A stretch of DNA of 64,000 bases, taken from NCBI GenBank assembly GCA_963714015.1, contig OY970223.1, positions 2,368,001 to 2,432,000 of the forward strand, written 5' to 3'. Positions 9,529-20,436 of the stretch are shown here, one piece after another; position 1 is the first letter of the stretch, and the number at the start of each line of letters is the position of its first letter. The position numbers were made by a program, and so were the translations under genes. Source of the DNA: Vulcanimicrobiota bacterium. Its GTDB lineage: Bacteria > Vulcanimicrobiota > Vulcanimicrobiia > Vulcanimicrobiales > Vulcanimicrobiaceae. Under the pieces are notes generated by a model. The model did no database searches. It was not told the DNA's origin and saw only the letters and a list, made by a program, of their open reading frames with translations.

Positions 9529-10005
9529 ATGAACTTACCGCGTTTTCTCGCGTCCGTTTCCGTGGTTTCTACACTCGCCCTCGCCGCATGCGCCGGCGGC
9601 GGCACTTTAGCGCCGGGTTCCGGCGGCTTCATCCCGTCGGCCGTCATGCGCGCGCCGGCCTCCGAATCCGTACAGTCGACATTCCCGAACGTTTCGGGTT
9701 GGTACGCCGGGCGAATCGTCGAGTCAGTGGACGGACACAGCCTGGCCAGCGGCCTGACGATCCGCATAAAGCAGACCGGTACGACGTTCGTCGGGATTAT
9801 GAATCCCTATTACCAGCATCACACGATTACTCTGCGATGCTCCGGTACCGTCTTCAAAAAGCCGAAAGGCGCATGGCTGAAGTTCACGATCAACCTTCCG
9901 GGCGGCCCCACCGTCCCGGGCAGCGGTGAAGTTACCGGCAAGGACTTCAACGGCAAAGCCGACGTTCCGCAGATCAGCATCGCGTTCACGTCGGTTAAGT
10001 CTTAG
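9529..10005 (+). CDS. Hypothetical lipoprotein
   Basis: Signal with lipobox LAAC-AGGG; RBS GGGAG. Confidence 0.65.
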   Translation: MNLPRFLASVSVVSTLALAACAGGGTLAPGSGGFIPSAVMRAPASESVQSTFPNVSGWYAGRIVESVDGHSLASGLTIRIKQTGTTFVGIMNPYYQHHTITLRCSGTVFKKPKGAWLKFTINLPGGPTVPGSGEVTGKDFNGKADVPQISIAFTSVKS

Positions 10006-10010
10006 CCGCC

Positions 10011-10059
10011 AAGCGGGGTCCGCGGCGAAGGGTAGTGGGTAGGGCGGGCCCCGCTTTTT
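10011..10059 (+). terminator. Putative intrinsic terminator
   Basis: AAGCGGGGTCCGC...GCGGGCCCCGCTTTTT inverted repeat with T-run between convergent genes. Confidence 0.5.
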
Positions 10060-10084
10060 CGTGGAGGGTTTCCTGCGCTGGAGA

Positions 10085-10670
10085 TTACACTTGTGCGTGC
10101 TGCCGCAATTCGCCGCGCGTGCGCGACTCTTCAAACAGGTGCAGCATGGCCTCGTTGAACTTTGGAATATCGTCCGGTTTGCGGCTGGTGGTGAGGTTGC
10201 CGTCCGTGACGTTCACTTCATCCACCCAGTCGCCGCCCGCATTGCGAATATCCGTTTGAAGCGACGGCCATGACGTCAACCGTTTGCCGCGCACGGCGTC
10301 GACTTCAACCAGCGACCACGGGCCGTGGCAAATTGCGGCAATCGGTTTTGCTGCGTCGACGAAAGACTTCACGAATTGCATCGCCTGTTTGTTCATCCGC
10401 AGGCGATCCGGATTAGCGACGCCGCCGGGCAAAAGCAGCGCGTCGAACTCTTCAGGCCTGGCCTGATCGAGTTGCAGATCGACTTTGAACTTGTCGCCGG
10501 GCTCGTCGTGGTTCATCCCCTGGACCTGATCTTTGCCGGGCGAAATCAGCACTGTCGCAGCACCCGCTTGATCGAGCGCTTTGCGCGGCTCCGTCAATTC
10601 GACTTGCTCGAAACCGGTCGTCGACCAGGATGGCGACCTTCATTGCTTCCAGTCGATTTGATGTTGTCAT
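10085..10670 (-). CDS. PfpI/DJ-1 family general stress protein (frameshift ~10615, probably a sequencing error)
   Basis: KVAILVDD[G]FEQVEL, ALLLPGG..PDRLR, AICHGP, TSRKPDD. Confidence 0.9.
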
Positions 10671-10680
10671 GACCAAGGAC

Positions 10681-10704
10681 TACCCGAGGCCATTCGCACT
10701 AAAC
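10681..10704 (-). promoter_or_regulatory. SigB/SigF-type promoter of the pfpI-like gene
   Basis: Minus strand GTTT-N15-GGGTA, 10 nt upstream of the ATG. Confidence 0.55.
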
Positions 10705-11109
10705 AGCGTCGGCTGCGGGGCTGTCGGCGTCGCGGCTGCTTGATTTCGAGAATCGCGCCTGTGCGGCGCGCACTTCGTCCATATGTTCCCGGGACCACTG
10801 CGCCAGAGCGCTGAGCGGCTGCTGCAGCGTGCGTCCGAGCGGCGTAAGCCGGTACTCGACGCGCGGCGGAATCTGCGCATAGACCGTGCGCTCGACCAGA
10901 CCATCGCGCTCCATCTGGCGCAGCGTCTGGGTGAGCATTTTTTGAGAGATGCCGCCGATCGCGCGGCGCAGTTCGGTAAATCGGCTGGGCTCGGCGCCGG
11001 CAAGCGTGCCGATGATCAGCGTCGTCCACTTGTCCGCGATCCGGTCAAGCAACGCCCGAGCGGGGCAATTCTCGGCGTACGGGTCTTGCGGTCGAGTCTC
11101 GGTTTCCAT
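10699..11109 (-). CDS. HxlR-family winged-helix regulator
   Basis: CPARALLDRIADKW, RFTELRRAIGGISQKMLTQTLR, PPRVEYRLTPLG; divergent from yceI. Confidence 0.92.
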   Translation of the reverse strand: METETRPQDPYAENCPARALLDRIADKWTTLIIGTLAGAEPSRFTELRRAIGGISQKMLTQTLRQMERDGLVERTVYAQIPPRVEYRLTPLGRTLQQPLSALAQWSREHMDEVRAAQARFSKSSSRDADSPAADAV

Positions 11110-11224
11110 TAGGTAATTACGGCACCTTTGGGTTCGTACTTGTATATCGTTGGTTACTATGCAATAGTCGGTTTGACTATAACACGCTTGGGCGGTGCGA
11201 GCAACCCAAGCACTGGAGGAGAGC

Positions 11225-11776
11225 ATGACTACCGTTAGTACTTCCGAGCGCGTCCAAGAGTTCACCGTCGACCCGGTCCATTCGAATGTTGAGTTCGTGG
11301 TACGCCACTTGATGATCAGCAAGGTCCGGGGGCGCTTTGGCGGCGTCACGGGCTCGATCCGTATGGACCCGGGCAATGACGTGCCGGCGGCGGTCCACGT
11401 CAAGATCGACGCTTCCTCTATCGACACGCGCGAGTCTGCCCGCGACACACACCTGCGCTCGGCCGACTTCTTCGACGTCGAGAAGTTTTCGTTTCTCGAG
11501 TACCGCAGCACCAAAATCGTGGGAACACCCGAATCGTTCGAGATCCACGGCGACCTCACCATGCACGGCGTCACGCGTCCGGTGGTGTTGCAAGCCGAGT
11601 TCGAAGGATCCGGCAAAGATCCGTGGGGCGGAACGCGCCGCGGATACAGCGCACACGCCAAACTGAGCCGCAAGGACTTCGGGCTGGTGTGGAATCAAGC
11701 ACTGGAGGCCGGCGGAGTTGCCGTAGGCGACGAGATCCGGATCGAGATTAACGTGGAGGCCGTGCACGCGGCGTGA
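11225..11776 (+). CDS. YceI-family protein
   Basis: VDPVHSNVEF.VRHLMISKVRGRF, RDTHLRSADFFD, GDLTMHGVT, DPWG, RKDFGL. Confidence 0.93.
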   Translation: MTTVSTSERVQEFTVDPVHSNVEFVVRHLMISKVRGRFGGVTGSIRMDPGNDVPAAVHVKIDASSIDTRESARDTHLRSADFFDVEKFSFLEYRSTKIVGTPESFEIHGDLTMHGVTRPVVLQAEFEGSGKDPWGGTRRGYSAHAKLSRKDFGLVWNQALEAGGVAVGDEIRIEINVEAVHAA

Positions 11777-11777
11777 T

Positions 11778-12569
11778 ATGGTGAACGGCGACGGAACGAT
11801 GCCCGCAATCTTTTTTGGGCACGGCAATCCGATGAACGCCCTGGAACGAAACGCCTACACTCGCAAGTGGAACGAGGTCGGACGCGCCCTTCCCGCGCCC
11901 AAAGCGATCCTCGCCATCTCCGCGCATTGGTACGTCGAGCAGTCGGCCGTAACGATATCGACGCAGCCGCGCACGATTCACGATTTCGGCGGCTTTCCGC
12001 GAGAGCTGTACGAAGTTCAATACGGGGCGCCCGGCGATCCGCAGCTGGCCATGCGCGTGCAGTCTTTGCTTGCGCCGGTGGTCCAGGTGGCGCTCGACGA
12101 TCGCTGGGGTCTCGATCACGGCACCTGGTCGGTGCTGCGCCACGTCTTTCCCCAAGCCGATGTTCCGGTCGTCCAACTCAGCATCGACGAGACCAAGCCT
12201 CCCAGCTTTCATTACGAGATCGGACGACGTCTTGCGCCGTTGCGGGACGAGCGCGTTCTGATCCTCGGGAGCGGCAACGTCGTACACAATCTGCATGCGT
12301 TTGCCTGGGGTCGCCATCCCGTGCAGCCGTTCGAATGGGCGTCGCGCTTTGAAGGTCGCGTGCGCGACCACATCCTGAACGGTGAAATCGAGCCGCTCAT
12401 CGAGTACGAGTCGCTCGGCAGCGACGCATTGTTGTCCGTTCCGACACCCGATCACTATCTGCCGCTGCTCTACGTCTTGGGTACACGACGCAAGAGCGAC
12501 ACGATCGCGTTCCCCGTCGAGGGCGTGGACGGCGGCTCGGTCTCTATGCTTGCGGTGGACATCCGCTAA
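11778..12569 (+). CDS. DODA-type extradiol ring-cleavage dioxygenase (YgiD-like)
   Basis: [46 protein letters not shown]. Confidence 0.92.
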   Translation: MVNGDGTMPAIFFGHGNPMNALERNAYTRKWNEVGRALPAPKAILAISAHWYVEQSAVTISTQPRTIHDFGGFPRELYEVQYGAPGDPQLAMRVQSLLAPVVQVALDDRWGLDHGTWSVLRHVFPQADVPVVQLSIDETKPPSFHYEIGRRLAPLRDERVLILGSGNVVHNLHAFAWGRHPVQPFEWASRFEGRVRDHILNGEIEPLIEYESLGSDALLSVPTPDHYLPLLYVLGTRRKSDTIAFPVEGVDGGSVSMLAVDIR

Positions 12570-12618
12570 CAGCCGCTCCTCCAAGGCCGCAGAGCCTCCC
12601 GGCGCCAACCAAGGGCGC

Positions 12619-13780
12619 ATGTTCCGCTATCTGACCGCCGGAGAGTCCCACGGTCCGGCGCTCGTGGGTATTTTGGACGGCATTCCGGCGCAGCTGCGCA
12701 TCGACGTCGAAAACATCGACGCGCAGTCTGAGCAAGCGTCAAGGCGGATACGGCCGCGGCGCGCGCATGAAGATCGAACGCGATCGGGTGGAGTTCTTGG
12801 CCGGCGTGCGCGGATCGTACACGCTCGGTTCGCCGATCGCCGCGATCGTGCGCAATCGTGACTTCGAGAACGTGCGAGAGCTCATGGACCCCGTTACCGG
12901 TCACGGCAAACCCTTGACCAACCCGCGGCCGGGGCATGCCGACTACGCCGGCGCACTCAAATACCGTCATCGCGATCTGCGCAACGTGCTCGAGCGCGCG
13001 AGTGCCCGCGAGACCACGATGCGCGTCTGCCTGGGGGCCATCTGTGCGGAATTTCTCGGTTCGCTCGGCATTACGACGCAGTCGTACGTGCATCGCATCG
13101 GTACGGTGGAAGCGCCCGAGCCCGAACGCGTGGTCCCCGGCGACGTTGAAAGCAGCGAGGTGCGCTGTCCCGAACCGGAAACCTCGGCGGCGATGATTGC
13201 GGCAATCGACGAAGCAAAGAAAGCCGGTGATACGCTCGGCGGACAATACGTCGTTCGCATCGACGGACTTCCTCCGGGAATCGGCAGCAATCGCCAGCCG
13301 GACACGCGGTTGGACGGCGTTCTCGCGGGCGCGCTGATGGGGATGCAGACCGTAAAAGCCGTCGAGGTTGGACTGGGCGCCGGCGTCGCGGAAAGACCGG
13401 GTTCGAGCGCGCACGACGTTTTTGCATTCGAAGGCGACGAAGTCGTGCGCCGGAGCAATCGTGCCGGCGGCATTGAAGGCGGAATGAGCAACGGCCAGGC
13501 GATCGTTCTGCGCGTCAGCGTGAAGCCGATTCCGACGCTGATGAAAGCGCTGCCGTCAGTGAATCTGCACGAGGGGACCGATGCGCCTGCGTCGATCGTG
13601 CGCAGCGACGTCTGCGTCGTTCCGGCAGCAGCGGTCGTCGGCGAGGCGATGGTGCGCCTGGCGCTGATGGCGCCGGTTCTTGAGAAATACGGCGGCGATT
13701 CGATGGAGGAAACGATCGACAATCTGCGCCGCAGCAATGCGGCGGCCGCAAGTTTGTTCGAAGTTCAAAAGCAGCCGTGA
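12619..13780 (+). CDS. aroC: Chorismate synthase (frameshift ~12730, probably an error)
   Basis: [50 protein letters not shown]. Confidence 0.95.
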
Positions 13781-14301
13781 AGAATCACGTGGCGCTCACC
13801 GGTTTCATGGCGGCGGGCAAATCCACGATCGGCAGAAAATTGTCCCGCAAGCTCGGCATGACTTTTTACGACCTGGACGACTGCATCGTTCGCGAATACG
13901 GCGGCATCGCCGACATTTTTTACACGCAAGGCGAGGAGCAGTTCCGGATATACGAATGTGAAACGCTATCGCGTCTGCTCGACCAGACGAATCCGGGAAT
14001 CATCGCGCTGGGCGGCGGCGCCGTTACCTACGATCGCACCTTGAAGCTGTTAAAGAAGCGTACCTACCGGATCTTCGTGAAAGTGCCGCCCGAGCAGATC
14101 GTTGGCCGGCTGCGCAAGAGCCGCAACATTCGTCCGTTGATCGGCCCCTCGCCCTCTCTGTCACGCGTGCGGGAACTATACGAACAACGCATGCCGCGCT
14201 ACGCGCACGCCGATCTCGTGGTCGAAGCGGCCGACCTGACCACGACCCAAATCGTCGATCGAATCGCGGAATGGCTGCACAAGAACAAGATCCCGCGGTA
14301 A
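13777..14301 (+). CDS. aroK: Shikimate kinase
   Basis: GFMAAGKSTIG, GEEQFR, ALGGG, RPL. Confidence 0.93.
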   Translation: MKNHVALTGFMAAGKSTIGRKLSRKLGMTFYDLDDCIVREYGGIADIFYTQGEEQFRIYECETLSRLLDQTNPGIIALGGGAVTYDRTLKLLKKRTYRIFVKVPPEQIVGRLRKSRNIRPLIGPSPSLSRVRELYEQRMPRYAHADLVVEAADLTTTQIVDRIAEWLHKNKIPR

Positions 14302-15356
14302 TCGACCTCGGTTACCCCGTCGTTGTTGCGGACTCCGGGTACGATCAGTTGCGCGCGTTCTTGCGCGGCCGCGCAGCACCGTTCGTAGTGCTCTGCGACG
14401 CGAACGTGGCCGATATGGCCGACCAGCTGACCCGCCGGATGCCGCAGCGGCGAGCGTTTCGAGCGTTCGCGCTGGGCGAGCGTCGGAAGCGGATGGTAAC
14501 GGTGGAGCGCGTGCTTGGCGAACTGATTGCGGCGGGCGCCGACCGCGGTACGGTCGCCGTCGGCGTCGGCGGCGGTGTTGCCGGCGACCTCTTCGGCTTT
14601 GCCGCCTCGATCTACATGCGCGGCATCCCGTACGTGCACGTCGCAACGAGCTTGGTGGCTATGGTCGATGCGGCCATCGGCGGCAAGAACGGTGTGGACC
14701 TGGCCGCCGGCAAGAACCTGGCCGGAACGTTCCGCGATCCCATCGCGGTCTTCGCTTGCACCGCCGCGCTGCGCACGCTCCCGTACCGTCATCTGCGCGA
14801 GGGTCTAGCGGAGATGATAAAGCACGGCATCATCGAGGGCGGAGAGGTCTTTCAGTCTTTGGAGACGCTTGCGCCTCATCCGTTTTGGCGCTGGCCTTGG
14901 GAGAGCATCGTGAGCGATTCGATCTCGGTGAAGGCGACAATCGTCCGTGAAGATCCGCACGAGCGCGGCGCGCGCGAAAGGCTGAATTTAGGACATACTT
15001 TCGCGCACGGCCTGGAAGGCGCGTCCGATTATCGCGTCTCGCACGGCGCCGCGGTTTCGGTCGGTTTGCGCGCCGCGGGACTCCTCGCACTGCAGAGCGG
15101 CACGTACTCTCGCGAGGATCATTTGCGCGTGCTGACGCTTCTGACGCTGCTTCGAATGCCGTTGCGTACCGCCCAGGCGCCCGCACGAGTCTTCCGGACA
15201 ATGCAAGCCGACAAGAAGAAGCGAAACAATACGCTGCGCTTTGTGCTGCCGCGCCGGATCGGCGAGGTGGAGTTCGGAATCAAGGTGCCCGAGTCCGCGG
15301 TTTTACACGTTCTGGAACGTATCACGCAGGTGCCGGGAGGCGGCGAATTCCGCTAG
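14271..15356 (+). CDS. aroB: 3-dehydroquinate synthase
   Basis: GGGVAGDL.GF, MVDAAIGGKNG, GLAEMIKHG, LNLGHTFAH, HGAAV..G, DKK. Confidence 0.95.
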   Translation: MAAQEQDPAVIDLGYPVVVADSGYDQLRAFLRGRAAPFVVLCDANVADMADQLTRRMPQRRAFRAFALGERRKRMVTVERVLGELIAAGADRGTVAVGVGGGVAGDLFGFAASIYMRGIPYVHVATSLVAMVDAAIGGKNGVDLAAGKNLAGTFRDPIAVFACTAALRTLPYRHLREGLAEMIKHGIIEGGEVFQSLETLAPHPFWRWPWESIVSDSISVKATIVREDPHERGARERLNLGHTFAHGLEGASDYRVSHGAAVSVGLRAAGLLALQSGTYSREDHLRVLTLLTLLRMPLRTAQAPARVFRTMQADKKKRNNTLRFVLPRRIGEVEFGIKVPESAVLHVLERITQVPGGGEFR

Positions 15357-17741
15357 ATCGCGCCGTCGACGTTTTAGCGGCCATTCGTTCGTCGCGCTTC
15401 GATCTGCCGCTCACCTATGACGCCGGAAACCTTGAACTGCGGATCGGCGACGTCGTCCGCATTCCAATCGGATCGCGCGAACACGTCGGCTACGTCATCT
15501 GCGAACCGCGTGCGATCGAGCGCGATCGGCCGCTGCGAGCGGTGCATCCGATGGCCGGCGTGCCGCGCGCTTTCGACGATGCCGGCCTTGCCCTGGCGCG
15601 GTTTGTCGCCAAGCGCTATCTTTGCACGCTCGGTGAGGCTCTCGGCGCGGTGGTCTTGAGCGGCGCCGTTCCGCGCATGGTGGACGCGTTCGTCGTTACC
15701 GTTGCTCAGCCGACTCGCAGTCGTTACCCATCGGTTCCGCAGCGGTTGGTTTCGCTTATTTGGGAAGACCTGCGCGAAGGTTTTACGTTGGAGCAGCTGC
15801 TTCGTCATCCGGCGGCTCGCCGCGCCGGAGATCGCAGGACGCTGCTTCGCTACGTCAACACCCTGGTGCGCAGCGGCGAACTGCGGCGCGAACGCCGGTT
15901 CGTAACCGCCGCGACGCAACCGTATCGCATCCGCGTTCTGCATCCCGGCGGGGGAGCGATTCGCGGGCCGAAGGCGCAAGCGCTGCTGGCGTTCGTGAGC
16001 GAACACCCGGGCGTCCCGCGCGCCGACGCGTTGCTTGCAGGTTTTTCGACCGCGCTCATTGCGCGCGCGACGAAAGCCGGTGCAATCGCCGAACGCTACA
16101 TCGCTCCCGCGCGCCGGCATACGGCGCCGATTTCGCGCGCCTCCACGTTGGTGCCCACACCGGAGCAAGGCGGCGCTATCGCCGCCATTGGACAGGCGCT
16201 CGAGCGTGCAAGTTTTTCCGAGCTGCTGCTCCACGGCGTCACCGGAAGCGGTAAGACGCTGGTCTACGTCCGCGCGATCGAACAAGTGCTGCGCACCGGC
16301 GGACGCGCAATCGTCCTGGTACCGGAAATATCGCTCACACCGCAAACGGCGCGGCGCTTCGAAGAAGCCTTCGGCGATCGCGTGTCCGTGCTGCATTCAG
16401 CCCTCTCCGAACGGGAGCGATACGAGGCTTGGCAGGCTTGTGCCAAAGGCGAGGTCGACGTCGTCGTCGGCGCGCGCAGCGCCGTATTCGCGCCCTTGCG
16501 CGGCGTGCGCCTCATCGTCGTGGACGAAGCGCACGAATCTTCCTATAAACAGGATACCGTACCGCGTTACCATGCCGTCGCGGTAGCGCGCGAGCGAATG
16601 CGTATAGAAGAAGGGACCCTCGTATTAGGCAGTGCGACGCCTTCGATCGAGAGCTATGCGCAAGCGATTGAAGGACGGATCTCGCTCCTCGAAATTCATC
16701 GGCGCGCGAGCGGTCTGCCCATGCCCGCAGTCCACGTCGTGGACATGGCCGAGGAATTCGAAAGCGGAAACCGCCGGATATTCAGCACGCGTCTGACGCA
16801 AGCGCTGGGCGAGCGCTTCGCCCGCGCTGAGAAGTCCGTGCTCTTCGTGAATCGCCGCGGAAGCGCAGGTTTTTTACTTTGCCGCACGTGCGGTTTCGTT
16901 CCGCGGTGCGCGCGCTGCAGCGTTTCGCTGACGGTGCACCGCTCCGAAGGACTGCTGCGCTGCCATTACTGCGATGCGCAGACTGTCCATTCCACGCGCA
17001 TGTCCGTCTTGCAAAGGGCAAAGCATCCGCGAGTTCGGCGTCGGAACCGAGCGCGTCGCGGAAGAGGTTTCACGCCTGTATCCGCAGGCGCGGGTCATTC
17101 GCATGGACAGCGACACGACGACCCGCATCGGAGATCACGCGCGGCTCCTCAGTGAGTTCGGCGATAACGCCGACGTGCTCGTCGGCACGCAGATGGTGGC
17201 CAAAGGCCTGGATTTTCCGACGGTGACGCTCGCCGGCGTGATCGCGGCAGACATCGGCTTGCATGCGCCGGATTTTCGCGCTGCGGAGCGCACCTTCGGG
17301 CTGATAGCGCAAGTGTGCGGGCGTAGCGGACGCGCGCGTCCCGGAGAGGCTATCGTTCAAACGTATTCGCCCGATCATCCCGCGATTGTGCTCGCGGCGC
17401 GGCATGACTATCACGGCTTCGCCGCCGGCGAACTCCAGGAACGCCGAATCTCGAACTATCCTCCGGCGTGCGAGTTGATTTACGTCGGCGTCATCGGCAG
17501 AAATCGCTCGAAGACGCACGCGCAGGCGCAGCGTTATGCGGCCGTTCTCAGTCAAGAGGCCGGCCCCGAAGTGCTCGGTCCGGCGCCGTATCCGATAGCC
17601 AGAATGAACGACGAATGGCGTTATCGCATCGCGCTCAAAGGCGTCTCGCGGGAACCGATGCGGCTCGCACTTCAGGATCGTGTTCTCCCGCTTGCGCGCG
17701 CCGAACGCGAGACTCGCTTGGTCGTAAATGTAGATCCGTAA
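15347..17741 (+). CDS. priA: Primosomal helicase PriA (non-canonical start; frameshift ~16985)
   Basis: N-terminal LTY..GDVVRIP, GVTGSGKT, LVPEISLT, DEAHE, SATPS, NRRG, Cys clusters, GTQMVAKGLDF, GRSGR, VNVDP end. Confidence 0.92.
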
Positions 17742-17753
17742 CCGGCGGGGTAT

Positions 17754-18836
17754 ATGGGGGCGATGCTTGCCGCCTCCGCGCCGACAGCGGCGCCGCTGCC
17801 CTCGGCTCTGCAAATTCCACCCATTCACGTAACGACCACCGCGCAGCTCTGGCCGCTGGTTTGGGTGGCGGGCGGACTCGCGGTCGGGGCCCTCGTCTAT
17901 GCCGTTCTGCTGCAGCCGCTGCGCCGCGCGAGCCGCGAGCACGGATGGCACGTCCTGAACGAAGTCACGTCGATCATCGGAGGCGTCGTCGTTCTTTGGG
18001 GCGGTCTTGCCGGCGTGTACCTCAGTCTCGATCACACGCACGTTTCGCCGCGAACCGAAACGTTCGTCGACCGCGCAACGGCTGCGCTTTTCGTGTTCTC
18101 ACTGACCTGGATCGCAGCGCGGTTCGCGTCGGCATGGATCGCGGCGTTCGGACGCCGGACCGAGAATCGGCTTTTTCCAGTCTCGCTCTACTCGACCATC
18201 GTTCAAGTCGTCATTCTCATCCTCGGCCTACTCACCGCACTCAGTTCGCTCGGCATTGCAATTGCGCCCATCCTCACGACGTTGGGACTGGGTGGTCTAG
18301 CCGTAGCGCTCGCCCTCAACGACACGCTCTCAAACTTGTTCGCCGGCGTGCAGATGGTGGCCGCGCGCCAAATTCGCGTCGGCGACTACGTGAAATTCGA
18401 CTTCGCCGAGGGCGAAGTCACCGACATTCAATGGCACAACACCACGATACGCAATCTTCAGAACAATCTGGTCGTCATTCCGAATTCGAAAATCAACACG
18501 TCGCCCTTTACCAACTACTCGATGTGCGTCTCGGATCTCATCATCAACGTCGACGCTATAGTTTCGTGGAAGCCCTCAGCCGAGGCTCTTGAAAAGATCG
18601 CCCTCAAAGCCGCGTGCGACTCCGTCGCCCAGGCCGCGGGAAAGGTCGAGAGCGAGCGCTGCCGCGTAGCGATTACCGCAATCAACGAAACGAACATTCA
18701 GATTACGGCCTACTTGTACGTCGGCCACATCGACAACCGGGCCCGCGCAGTCAGCGGCTATCTCCATCGCCTTCACGATGCGACTAGGGAGTCCCCTAAC
18801 GAAGCGCTACGCGAAGGGGCGCCCCCGGCACGATGA
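17754..18836 (+). CDS. MscS-family mechanosensitive channel
   Basis: GLGGLAVALALNDTLSNLFAG, VGDYV, GEVTDI, IPNS. Confidence 0.9.
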   Translation: MGAMLAASAPTAAPLPSALQIPPIHVTTTAQLWPLVWVAGGLAVGALVYAVLLQPLRRASREHGWHVLNEVTSIIGGVVVLWGGLAGVYLSLDHTHVSPRTETFVDRATAALFVFSLTWIAARFASAWIAAFGRRTENRLFPVSLYSTIVQVVILILGLLTALSSLGIAIAPILTTLGLGGLAVALALNDTLSNLFAGVQMVAARQIRVGDYVKFDFAEGEVTDIQWHNTTIRNLQNNLVVIPNSKINTSPFTNYSMCVSDLIINVDAIVSWKPSAEALEKIALKAACDSVAQAAGKVESERCRVAITAINETNIQITAYLYVGHIDNRARAVSGYLHRLHDATRESPNEALREGAPPAR

Positions 18837-20032
18837 GCTGCGAGAGGAGCAGTCCGGCCACGATCAGTACCGCGGCGATGATCGCGTTAGCGGCCAGCGT
18901 AGCGGCATCAGTATAGTTGTGCGCTTGCACGACCCAGAGTATGCTTTGGTAACTCAGCGCCCCCGGCACCAGCACGTGAAGCGCGGGAACGAGCAGCACG
19001 GGCTGCGGCACGCGCAGATAACGGGCGCCCCCGTTAGCGACCAATCCGCAGACGAGCGCGGAAACAAACGGCGCAACTTGGTGCGCCGGCATGTCCCGAA
19101 AATAAAATGACGTTCCCAGGCCGACGAGGCTCGAAAGAAAGACCCAGTTGAAATCGCGCAAGCGCGCATCGAGGTCGATCGACAATCCGATCGAAAGAAG
19201 AATTGCGGCGGCAGCCCAATACAGCGGCCCCACCGGATGCGGGCGAACGTCCGCCGTGCCCGCAAAGGCGGTCCCGACCAGAGCTGAATCCTAGAAATGC
19301 GCCGCAACCCAACGTGAGCAGAATCGCAAACACCCGTCCCAGGCGCGCGGTTCCTGCAATGAGGTCTTGATTCGCCAATTCATTCAACGCCAAAGTCAAT
19401 GAGTATCCCGGCAGCAACACCACGACGCCGGCCACGATCGAGATGTACAGATTTACCGGAGCGATCCAATGTGAGTATGCGGCGACGATCAGCGTCGCGA
19501 CGAACGCCGCGATGACCTCGAACAGGCGATACATGACCTGATTGCGCTGTGTGAAGAAGGATAAAATCCCCGTCGCCGCGCCAATCAGACCGGCGACGGC
19601 CAGTTCGTTCACACCGCCGCCCAGCAAAACCGCGACGCCCAAAGCGACGCAGGCCAGCGCAAAAATGGACCGCAGGGCCGGCGGCGACGGGCAGAGCTTG
19701 TCGATCTGGCGCAGCTGAGCGATTGCGCGATCGAGATCGATGCGGTTGGTCTGTAATTCGTCGAAGAGCTCGTTCAGAAAGGCGAGCTTGCGCAGATTTA
19801 CCCGTCCGGGATCCAGGCGCAGCATCACGATCCGTTGAGCGTACCGCGGACCGACGGCAATAGTGACGTTCGTAGGCAGAGCGAATATCTCGATCTCCAA
19901 CCCGAGAACCCGCGCTGTTGCGCTAATCGTCTTTTCGAGTTGATCGGAATCGACGCCGGCGCGGTGCAGCTCATGCGCCAACTGGGCGATGAAGATCGCT
20001 TTCGGATCGTCTTGAATGAGCGAAGCCGCCAT
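18796..20032 (-). CDS. ThrE-family threonine/serine exporter (frameshift ~19285)
   Basis: Soluble N-terminus FALPT..NLRKL followed by multiple TMs with LLPG and LVPG motifs. Confidence 0.8.
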
Positions 20033-20049
20033 CGCGGGCGGCTTCCTCG

Positions 20050-20352
20050 TTACTTGCCGGCTTTCTTTTTGCTGCCGGAACTCCTCACGGCACTTGCCGG
20101 GGCGGGAGCGGAACCCGCTTTTGCGGCGGCCTTGGCCAGCCGCGACTTCTTGCGTGACGCTTTGTTTGGGTGAATGATGCCCTTTTGCGCGGCTTTGTCG
20201 AACTGCGCTTCGACGCCCTTCACCGCGCCGGCGTCGCCTGAACCGGCAGCCTTCTTATAAATCGTCTTCAGACGCGTTTTGACGTCCAGATTTCGCTGGG
20301 TACGTTTTTGGGACTGCCGCACCCATTTTTCGGCGGCCTTGATGTTTGGCAC
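20050..20352 (-). CDS. rpsT: 30S ribosomal protein S20
   Basis: MPNIKAAEK..RN, DKAAQKGIIHPNKASRKKSRL; upstream extended -10 TGGTATACT (20388-20396). Confidence 0.95.
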   Translation of the reverse strand: MPNIKAAEKWVRQSQKRTQRNLDVKTRLKTIYKKAAGSGDAGAVKGVEAQFDKAAQKGIIHPNKASRKKSRLAKAAAKAGSAPAPASAVRSSGSKKKAGK

Positions 20353-20436
20353 GAATCTTTACTCCTTGCACTTCGGGCACGAGGCGGAGTATACCATAGC
20401 CGGACCAGACCGGTCCAGCAAGGAAAGCGTCCGCGG

